A DNA stretch of 47,841 nucleotides, from assembly GCA_043816785.1 (NCBI GenBank), contig JBDRHP010000005.1:1-47841 (forward strand), written 5' to 3'. This stretch comes from Candidatus Margulisiibacteriota bacterium (GTDB taxonomy: Bacteria; Margulisbacteria; WOR-1; O2-12-FULL-45-9). The position numbers and the translations under genes are program-made. How positions within the stretch are numbered: the stretch's first letter is position 1; each line of letters begins with the position of its first letter. Positions 26,947 through 34,224 of the stretch are shown in pieces. The notes under the pieces were generated by a model. It was not told the origin of the DNA and did not search any database. It saw nothing but the letters and a program-made list of their open reading frames with translations.

Positions 26947-27375
26947 TTAAATCCTTGAAGCAACCGCTAAACGCAGGAAAATGTAGATTGCCGCCAGGAT
27001 CAGGACGATCCCCAGGCTGACGCGCGAACCAATGGCGACCTGATCAAAGGTAATAACCGTTTGTTCAGCCAAAGTTGAGAAGCGACTCGCCCAATCCGGC
27101 AAAAAGACATAGAACAGGCCAAAGATCACCAAGGGCACGCCCAAAAACTGCAAAAACCACAATTCCGGGTATTGTAGGGCAAAAAAGATGGTCCAGGTCC
27201 CAACGATCAAAAACACAAACCCAATGACAAAGTTATGAGTCCGTAATTTTTGATCGATCGCTAAAACCGGTCGATTGAACAGCCGGGCAAATTGCTCCCA
27301 AAAAGCTGCCGGTAGGACAAGAAGCAGGATGCCAAAGATCAGGCTGATAATGCCGGATAGCAAAATCAAAATCAT
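26947..27375 (-). CDS. 4-TM membrane protein with internal duplication
   Basis: Two similar halves; own promoter TTGACA-N17-TATATT 9 nt before the ATG. Confidence 0.65.
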   Translation of the reverse strand: MILILLSGIISLIFGILLLVLPAAFWEQFARLFNRPVLAIDQKLRTHNFVIGFVFLIVGTWTIFFALQYPELWFLQFLGVPLVIFGLFYVFLPDWASRFSTLAEQTVITFDQVAIGSRVSLGIVLILAAIYIFLRLAVASRI

Positions 27376-27472
27376 AGTAGGATGAATATATTTGAAAGTA
27401 AGCCGCCTGTCAAGCCCTATCTCAATAAAAAGCGGGTCTATAGCAAAAAGTGTGCTTATGGTTTTGGCAGTA

Positions 27473-27680
27473 AATCCCGAATCTTTATAATTTTATCTCT
27501 TATCACCTTCACGAAGGATCTCGAAGATTTGGTCTCGAATTTGTTGTCTCGTATTTTAACGGATTTTTCGCATATATATATTAATTTTCGTGAGGAATTT
27601 GAGGTAATTAGGGAATGACTCATTCGCGATTAAGTATTCGAATTGATTAGGGACTAGTGATTAGTGATAAAATTCGAGAT
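27473..27680. repeat. Dispersed imperfect palindromic element, copy 2
   Basis: Shares aatcccgaat..ataattttatc.ct.atca.cttcacgaa, gaggtaattaggga and gtgattag.gata.aattcg.gat with 19102-19265. Confidence 0.7.
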
Positions 27681-27724
27681 CCATTGAGACCCAAAACCCA
27701 CCTCGGTCGAAGGTAATTTTATTA

Positions 27725-27740
27725 TGGCACACTTATTGCT
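27725..27740 (+). promoter_or_regulatory. sigma54-type -24/-12 site
   Basis: TGGCAC-ACTTA-TTGCT is an exact match to TGGCAC-N5-TTGCW, upstream of the pilin pseudogene. Confidence 0.55.
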
Positions 27741-27815
27741 AAGGAACTCAAAAAACCTTGACAACAACAAAAAGCTTAGTCAAAATGAAGACAAAACTTT
27801 GAGGAATAATTTTAA

Positions 27816-28144
27816 ATAAAAAAAGAGCCCTTACTATCATAAGAGCTACTAATTGTGATCTCTGTTATCGTCCTGCTGGTCAGTATCGCGATCCCCAGCG
27901 TCCGGGCAATACGCGACCAGGGAAAGACAACGACGCTTTTCCCGCAGACGATGTTAATCAGGCTCAAACCATACTACCGGGCATTGCTGATCCAGTGTTC
28001 ACATCTAAAATATCCGCTAATGGCAATTATTATGTTGTTTACTCAATCGGCTCAGGCGGCATTGGGGTCATGACCATTAATGATACCGGTGAGGTAGAGG
28101 TCACGACCGGCAGCCCCATCTACATAAGCAACGGCAAGCAATAA
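27816..28144 (+). pseudogene. Degenerate copy of the major pilin gene
   Basis: KRALTII / ELLIVISVIVLLVSIAIPSVRAIRDQGK / DNDAFPADDVNQAQTIL...KISANGNYYVVYSIGSGG...GSPIYISNGKQ* in shifting frames; no ATG; two deletions relative to 28634-29074. Confidence 0.85.
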
Positions 28145-28181
28145 AAAAGCGGCTTTCCAGCCAGGCGGCTGGTTTTAAGTT

Positions 28182-28481
28182 TTACTTTTTCGCTGCTTTT
28201 GACTCGGTCAGATAAAATATACCCAACAACATTACAAAGGTAAAGACAAAGCCAACAATCTCAAAAGTTGCCTTATTCATGGTAACACTTGGGTTAACCA
28301 TCATATATTCAATTAGAACAGTAACTCTCAACACGGCGTAAAAAAGCAAACCGCCAGAAATAAACAGCCAGGGACTTGTGTTCTTTAACAAATAAAACCT
28401 GAAGGCAATGGCGACCGCTAAAACCAAGCTGGAAATCGTCAAACTGATAAATATCGCGTGAACATATTCGGGACTAATCAT
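28182..28481 (-). CDS. Small 3-TM membrane protein, probable paralog of 23613-23930
   Basis: AGGAGG RBS; three hydrophobic helices; W...AVLRV...IEY. Confidence 0.7.
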   Translation of the reverse strand: MISPEYVHAIFISLTISSLVLAVAIAFRFYLLKNTSPWLFISGGLLFYAVLRVTVLIEYMMVNPSVTMNKATFEIVGFVFTFVMLLGIFYLTESKAAKK

Positions 28482-28633
28482 AACTAAACCCTCCTATTTT
28501 TTAGATGTCCATATCCTACAACAACCCTAATTAAGATGCAACAACTTAATCTAGGCGCAACTTAAAAAAGCCCTTGACAACATTACAGGGAATTGCTAAA
28601 GTTGCTCATATTTTATTAAGGGGGGGTTTCAGA

Positions 28634-29074
28634 ATGAAAAGAAGAGGATTCACGATTATCGAGCTCCTGATTGTTATGGCTGTTATTGCTCTGTTGGTTG
28701 GTATCGCGATCCCTAGTTTCCGGGCAGTGCAGGACCAGGCTAAGGTAGCACGCGCCCAAGGCGACCTTAGGGTTATGAAGCTGGCTATGGAAGATTATTA
28801 TATCAATAATAACTCTTATCCAGCGGACGACGCTAACCAGGCCCAAACCATCTTGCTGGGCGTCAGCAACCCGGTCCTTGAATCAAATATCTATGATCCG
28901 TTCGGGGCAACCACAACTACCTTATACGAATACAAAATATCTGCTAACGGCAGCTATTATGTTGTTTACTCAATCGGCTCAGGCGGCAGCGGTGTCGTTA
29001 CTATTAATAATACTGGTGAAGCCGATACCACAGCTGGCTCACCGATTATAGTCACGAACGGCCAAATTCAGTAA
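28634..29074 (+). CDS. Major pilin/pseudopilin (PilA/GspG-like)
   Basis: MKRRG|FTIIELLIVMAVIALLVGIAIP class III signal; YP, DPFG, YEY, YSIG GspG-like motifs; G-rich RBS. Confidence 0.9.
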   Translation: MKRRGFTIIELLIVMAVIALLVGIAIPSFRAVQDQAKVARAQGDLRVMKLAMEDYYINNNSYPADDANQAQTILLGVSNPVLESNIYDPFGATTTTLYEYKISANGSYYVVYSIGSGGSGVVTINNTGEADTTAGSPIIVTNGQIQ

Positions 29075-29090
29075 TTACCTAACTCAGTAA

Positions 29091-29486
29091 ATGAGTTACA
29101 CAGGGGGAAGCCCACCTAAGTTGTTTCAACTAAGAGTGGGCTTCACTCTTTTTGAGCTGATCATCACCATCAGCTTTATCCTGCTGGCGCTTATCCCGCT
29201 CCTTAACGCTCTAAGCAGTACCCTGGCTGTCTCCTCTGAGTCGCATTCAGATATCATGGCCATAAATCTGGCCCAGACAAAAATGGAAGAGATCCGAAGC
29301 CTGGCCTATGCCGGCATTGCTTCTGAGGCCAAGGCAGCTGTTTCCAGCTTCCCTGCCTTTCAAAGGGAAGTTATTGTAACCACGCCAAACGCTGACCTAA
29401 AGAAGGTTGTGGTTCTTGTTTACTGGACCCCTTCCGGGGGCGTGGAGGAGATTGTTTCCTTTGAAACCTATATTGCGAATTTCTAA
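29091..29486 (+). CDS. Minor pilin (PilV-like)
   Basis: G|FTLFELIIT; A.NLAQ.KMEEIR. Confidence 0.8.
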   Translation: MSYTGGSPPKLFQLRVGFTLFELIITISFILLALIPLLNALSSTLAVSSESHSDIMAINLAQTKMEEIRSLAYAGIASEAKAAVSSFPAFQREVIVTTPNADLKKVVVLVYWTPSGGVEEIVSFETYIANF

Positions 29487-29949
29487 GGGTTTTACAATAC
29501 TAGAATTTGTTCTGGCAACCAGCCTGTCGCTTATGGTGATCGGCGTGGTTGTTTCCGCCTACATAGTAAGTATGCGGGTTTTTAATCAGCAGATCAGCCA
29601 GTCAGACATTTTTTGGGACGGGCACAGGGCAGTTGAGACTATGACCAAAGAGATCAGGGAATGCCTGGAAGTCACCAGCGCTGAAGCAAGCACTATTACC
29701 TTCTGGTGGAAGGATCTGGATGGCAGCACCACCAGAGATGCCAATGAAACCGTTAGCTACGCCCTTGCCAATCAAAATCTGCGGCGCACCATTGGCAGCA
29801 CAAGTCGGGGAATAGCTAACAATGTCACATCTTTGAGTTTTGCTTATAATACAAATCCCAATCCAAGCCTGGTCACAGTTACAGTTACTTTAAGTAGACA
29901 AGGAGAAACAACTACCGTAGAATCAAAGGCAAGGATTAGAAATGAGTAA
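29461..29949 (+). CDS. Minor pilin (PilW-like)
   Basis: KG|FTILEFVLA; MTKEIR; GGAGGAG RBS before TTG 29461. Confidence 0.8.
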   Translation: MKPILRISKGFTILEFVLATSLSLMVIGVVVSAYIVSMRVFNQQISQSDIFWDGHRAVETMTKEIRECLEVTSAEASTITFWWKDLDGSTTRDANETVSYALANQNLRRTIGSTSRGIANNVTSLSFAYNTNPNPSLVTVTVTLSRQGETTTVESKARIRNE

Positions 29950-29960
29950 AGGGGCTCACT

Positions 29961-30476
29961 GCCCTCACCCTGATAGGCAGTTAAAAGATTACTTATGGTT
30001 TTATGGTCCCTCTCCCAGTGGGAGAGGGACGGTTGAGTGGACAAAAACATGAGAATGGATTATAGGAAAAGGGAGTTTGCTAGAATGTTGAGGGTGGACC
30101 AAACCCCTTATGAGGAGCAAGTTTGGGAGCTTTTGCGAAACAGAAAATTTATGGGGCTTAAATTTAGAAGGCAGCATGTTATTGAAGGATTCGTTGTTGA
30201 TTTTTATTGTCATGAATATAGATTTGGTGTTGAATTAGATGGCAAAATCCATGATAAGCAAAAAGATTATGATGGATTAAGAGACGAAGAGATTGGGGCC
30301 GAAGACATCACCCCAATTCGTATTCGCAATCAAGATATTGAAAAATATCCTGAAATAGTTTTACGAAAGATAAAAGAGCATATAAGTAAACTTCAACCAC
30401 AAACCCTACCCCTCTCCCTCTGGGAGAGGGGTCTTAAAGAAAAAATAGACCTTGAACAAGAAGTCGGGGTGAGGGC
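29961..30476. mobile_element. Hairpin-flanked DUF559 cassette with 10 bp terminal inverted repeats
   Basis: GCCCTCACCC (29961-29970) / GGGTGAGGGC (30467-30476); CCCTCTCCC-N3-GGGAGAGGG hairpins at 30006-30030 and 30408-30432. Confidence 0.6.
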
Positions 30477-30492
30477 TGGAGATAAGCCATGA
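30037..30492 (+). CDS. DUF559 / Vsr-like endonuclease domain protein
   Basis: AR.LR...T..E..VW..LR, KFRRQH, VDFYC, ELDGKIH, YD..RD. Confidence 0.9.
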   Translation: MDKNMRMDYRKREFARMLRVDQTPYEEQVWELLRNRKFMGLKFRRQHVIEGFVVDFYCHEYRFGVELDGKIHDKQKDYDGLRDEEIGAEDITPIRIRNQDIEKYPEIVLRKIKEHISKLQPQTLPLSLWERGLKEKIDLEQEVGVRAGDKP

Positions 30493-31631
30493 AAAAAGGC
30501 AACCTCCTGATAGTCTTTATTTTAATCATTGGTTTAGCCGCTATCGTGGGCAGCATCGCCTTCTTGACCTCAACCAGCATTAAAAGTGCTGGCTATCTCA
30601 TAAAGAATGATAAAGCTTTCTACATTGCCGAAGCAGGCTTGGAAAAAGCTATCTGGAATTTTAACACTGGCATTGGCAGCTCGTGGCGCACCAGCGGCAG
30701 CACGGAAAGCTTTGGCGGCGGAAGTTATACCATGCGGGTCGCGGACGCGCCAAATGGTGACGTTATAATTACTGCTGAAGGGAGCTATCAAGGACGGACC
30801 AGATCGCTGCAAATCCGCTATCAACAATATTCTGATGCTTTTGACTACGCGGTTTACAGCATCCAGGATCTTTCCCTGGGCAATAACACTACTATTTCCG
30901 GCGATATCTTCGTTGACGGTGACGTGGAAATTAAAAATAATGCTGAGGTTGTTGACGGCGTGGTAGTTACCACCGAAGGCCATTCTGTTACCGGCGGGGG
31001 AAGCTGGACTCCCGGCACGCCGCCTGATCCCCTGCCCACCCCGCCAACCCTGGATACAACCTTCTACGACAATGAAATTGCCACAGCGCTGGCCAGCGGC
31101 ACGGTTAATTACAATTATTCTGGGACTTTAAATCTGGCCGGGGGCACGATCTATGCCAGCAATGATATTAACATCGACGGCACTATAATTGGGCCGGGGA
31201 GCCTGGTGGCTGGCAATAATATTACTATTGATAACAGCACGGCGATCGGCAGCAATATACTTTTGATCTGCCAGAATATTCTTGATATTAACAATAATAC
31301 TTCTATCGAAGCAGATAACACCACCCTCTTTGCCACAACCCAGGTAAGCCTTTACAACAACGTGGTTGCGTCTGAGGTAATAATCCTGTCTCCAGGCACA
31401 ATTTCTATTAACAATAACGTTACCATAACCGGTTTTATTTTTTCAGGTCAGCTCAACATGGATAATAATGTTGATTTTAGCGGCAGCATCCAGACTGGCG
31501 GATTTAGCACTAACAACACCATAGGAAACAATTCAAGCATTACCTATGACCCAAGCTATCTGCCGGATGTCCTTCCCCCCGGCCTGGATGTTGGTTACTC
31601 GTTGGCCGAAGATTCCTGGAAGGAACTGTAA
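30489..31631 (+). CDS. PilX-like minor pilin with Asn-rich beta-helix C-terminus
   Basis: MKKG|NLLI (no E5), AFYIAEAGLEKAI, repeated (I/L).NN motifs, ends SWKEL. Confidence 0.8.
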   Translation: MKKGNLLIVFILIIGLAAIVGSIAFLTSTSIKSAGYLIKNDKAFYIAEAGLEKAIWNFNTGIGSSWRTSGSTESFGGGSYTMRVADAPNGDVIITAEGSYQGRTRSLQIRYQQYSDAFDYAVYSIQDLSLGNNTTISGDIFVDGDVEIKNNAEVVDGVVVTTEGHSVTGGGSWTPGTPPDPLPTPPTLDTTFYDNEIATALASGTVNYNYSGTLNLAGGTIYASNDINIDGTIIGPGSLVAGNNITIDNSTAIGSNILLICQNILDINNNTSIEADNTTLFATTQVSLYNNVVASEVIILSPGTISINNNVTITGFIFSGQLNMDNNVDFSGSIQTGGFSTNNTIGNNSSITYDPSYLPDVLPPGLDVGYSLAEDSWKEL

Positions 31632-31744
31632 CTGGAGAATATCAGAGTATCGGAAGACCAGAGCCGGATTAACAGAAAATCAGAATATCTGATAACCTGA
31701 TACTCTGATTCTCCAGTTCTGACAATCTGGTCTTCTGATATTCT
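31630..31744. repeat. Imperfect palindrome built from ATCAGA/TCTGAT units
   Basis: aactggagaatatcagagtatc vs gatactctgattctccagtt; gaagaccaga vs tctggtcttc. Confidence 0.7.
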
Positions 31745-31827
31745 TAAACTAAGAAACAAGATGCCTCTAGTTTATTTATTTGACAAATCCCCTATATTTC
31801 TATAATATTCAAAGTCAGGAGTCTTAC

Positions 31828-33390
31828 ATGATTGGCGTAGACATCGGCGAAAAACTTATCAAGATCGTAGAGCTGAAAGAAAGCCCCCAAGGCTTGATGC
31901 TTTCCAGATACGCCATGGTCGAGGTCTTGATCAAGCTGGAAAACGAGACCAATGCCCAGGCCCAGGCCCACGCTATTGCTTCAGCGCTTAAAGACTTTGG
32001 CTTTGAAGGCAAGGAGGCCTTTACCAACATCTCCGGCCCCAAGGTCCAGGTCCGGCGCATCGTCCTGCCCCCCATGCCAGCATCAGAACTAACTGAAGCA
32101 GTCAAGTTTGAGATAAAAAATGATCTCAACTATCCCATCAGCTCCGCGGTGCTGGACTACTATCTCCTGGGCAAATCAGAAAGCCAGGGAGGTAAACAAG
32201 AGCTCCTGGTAGTCACGGTTAACGAAGAGTCCTTAAAAGACCGGGTTGCCATTCTTGAACAGGCAGGCTTAAAATGTATTGGGGTAACGATCGCGCCCTT
32301 TGCCATTCTGCAGATAATCAAGCAATCGCCGCAGGTTTCCAAGGATGACCTGGTCGCGCTGGTCAATATCGGCGAAAGCTCCTCTAACTTTGATATTTTT
32401 CAAAATAATACGCTGCAGTTTACGCGCGAGATCACCATTGCCGGCGCCAACATCACAGAATCCCTGGCCCAAAATCTTAAGCTGGATTTTGCGGACGCGG
32501 AAGTTTTAAAGGTCAAACACGGCATACCGGATGAGGGCGAAACCTCCAGCACGCCCGAGGGCATCTCCCTGGCTGATGTCCGGCAAATCATGCTCGCTAG
32601 CGTAGAAAAGCTGCAGGCTGAGATCTCCGCCTCCCTGAATTATTTTCGCGAACACTTTGGCGGGGGGACGATCTCCCATATCTTTGTGGCCGGCGGATCG
32701 ATCCGGCTGAAAAACCTAAAAGAATTGCTTAACCAGCATCTGGGTATCCCGGTCAGCATGGTGGACCCTTCCTTGTCCCTTAGTGTCGACCAAACTATCG
32801 ATCCCATTCAGTTTACGCGGGACCTGCCCCACCTGCCGCTGGCTATCGGCCTGGCCTTAAGTAAAGGCATGGAAATTAACCTCTTAAAGATCGAGCAAAA
32901 TAAAACAGATAAAAATAAAACTACCCAGAAATTACAACAGATCCTGGATCGCATCCAGATCCCAACCGCTGCTGTAGTTGCCGCCTTTGTTGTTTTGCTG
33001 GCACTGATCATCGGCCTTAACTTTTTTCTCGTCCGCTCAATGGAAAAAACCAAGAACGAGCTTGATGCCAATAAAATTAAATTAGACCGCCTGACCAAAT
33101 TTCGCGACCGAAAACTGGCCTTTGAAGACATCACCAAAAAAGAAATTGACGTAAAACTTCTTCTGGCTCGCATCAATTCGCTCATGCCGCAGGGAGTCAC
33201 CCTGGCCTTTTTGGATTTTAACAAGGTTAACAGAAGCGTTGAGCTGTCCGGTGAAAGCCTAGATCCTCAGGCCGCCTCCAACTTTCACAAAAGGGTTGAA
33301 GAATCTGCCTATTTTTCGCAAAGCAAATTACTTAGCATCAGAAAGATCGGCGACACGATCATTTTTAAGATGAGATTTAATATAAGATGA
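31828..33390 (+). CDS. pilM: PilM (actin-like) fused to a PilN-like domain
   Basis: IGVDIG, LVNIG, FTREI, VAGG, AIGLAL, then INLL, a TM helix and a PQGVTL..L...VELSG PilN-like region; AGGAG RBS at ATG 31828. Confidence 0.85.
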   Translation: MIGVDIGEKLIKIVELKESPQGLMLSRYAMVEVLIKLENETNAQAQAHAIASALKDFGFEGKEAFTNISGPKVQVRRIVLPPMPASELTEAVKFEIKNDLNYPISSAVLDYYLLGKSESQGGKQELLVVTVNEESLKDRVAILEQAGLKCIGVTIAPFAILQIIKQSPQVSKDDLVALVNIGESSSNFDIFQNNTLQFTREITIAGANITESLAQNLKLDFADAEVLKVKHGIPDEGETSSTPEGISLADVRQIMLASVEKLQAEISASLNYFREHFGGGTISHIFVAGGSIRLKNLKELLNQHLGIPVSMVDPSLSLSVDQTIDPIQFTRDLPHLPLAIGLALSKGMEINLLKIEQNKTDKNKTTQKLQQILDRIQIPTAAVVAAFVVLLALIIGLNFFLVRSMEKTKNELDANKIKLDRLTKFRDRKLAFEDITKKEIDVKLLLARINSLMPQGVTLAFLDFNKVNRSVELSGESLDPQAASNFHKRVEESAYFSQSKLLSIRKIGDTIIFKMRFNIR

Positions 33391-34217
33391 GCAACAAAGA
33401 AAAAATAATCAAACTGATCGCCCTGTTGGTGATCCTGGTTTTGGCCTTTATGTCTTATCGTGCTTTAGTCGCTCCCAAGCGTCAAGGCATCAGCAATTTG
33501 CAACGCTCTTTGGAGAATGTTGAGTTACAAATGAGCTCCATTTTGGGTGAAAAAGTTTCCTTAAAAACCGGATCAACCGGCGCAGCTGAGCTGGAAAAAG
33601 AACTGGAAAACCTGACCCTTAAGATCCCGTCAGAAAGCGACCTGCCGCGGATCATTAATCAGCTGTTAACGCAGACCGGCCAAGGCCTGGGGCTTGATTA
33701 CACCTTGGTTGAGCCTAAATCAGCCCAAAAAGAAGGCCGCTACAATAAGATCCCGATTGAACTGCAGTTCATTACCACTTTTAGTAAGCTCAACACCTAT
33801 TTAACCCAGCTTGACAAACTACCACAGCAAATAATCATTGAAAATCTACTCTTGCGCCGGCTGGCGGAAAAGCCGGGTGCGCTCGAGGTTCAGCTTACCC
33901 TGGCTGTTTTCGTTATGCCAGGTGAAGAAACAGAAAAAGAACCCGCCATTACTGACAGCAAAATCCTCAAGATCCCGACCGCAAACCCCTTTAGACCCGG
34001 CGGAAGCCGCAATACCATAACAACTGGAAACGGACAAGCGCAAAAACCACTTAAGCTTCAGGGAATAATAAGAGGCAATTTCAGCGCTGCTATCATCAAT
34101 AATCAGGTGGTTTATGTTGGCGATGTGATCAATGGCTACCGTGTCATGAACATCAGAGAGAGCAGCGTGGTTTTGATAAAAAATGGCAAAACACTTACCC
34201 TGCAGGAAGAAGACTAA
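33387..34217 (+). CDS. pilO: PilO-like protein with C-terminal PilP/GspC-like beta domain
   Basis: TM, coiled coil, KIPSESDLP, YNKIPIEL; then NPF and LKLQGII...AIINNQVVYVGD.I.GY.V..I. Confidence 0.75.
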   Translation: MSNKEKIIKLIALLVILVLAFMSYRALVAPKRQGISNLQRSLENVELQMSSILGEKVSLKTGSTGAAELEKELENLTLKIPSESDLPRIINQLLTQTGQGLGLDYTLVEPKSAQKEGRYNKIPIELQFITTFSKLNTYLTQLDKLPQQIIIENLLLRRLAEKPGALEVQLTLAVFVMPGEETEKEPAITDSKILKIPTANPFRPGGSRNTITTGNGQAQKPLKLQGIIRGNFSAAIINNQVVYVGDVINGYRVMNIRESSVVLIKNGKTLTLQEED

Positions 34218-34224
34218 AAACTAG

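Noticed and set aside
27382-27618. 78 aa ORF
   Set aside because: Reads through a promoter and the palindromic repeat; no RBS or family signal
27855-28073. 72 aa ORF as an independent gene
   Set aside because: It is one frame of the pilin pseudogene and goes out of frame after DQGK
28620-28626. G7 run before the major pilin
   Set aside because: Positioned as a Shine-Dalgarno sequence; G-rich RBSs occur elsewhere in the window
19102-31744. Repeat-rich intergenic regions as CRISPR arrays or attC sites
   Set aside because: No constant repeat with unique spacers, no cas genes, no integron integrase, and no clear RYYYAAC/GTTRRRY boxes
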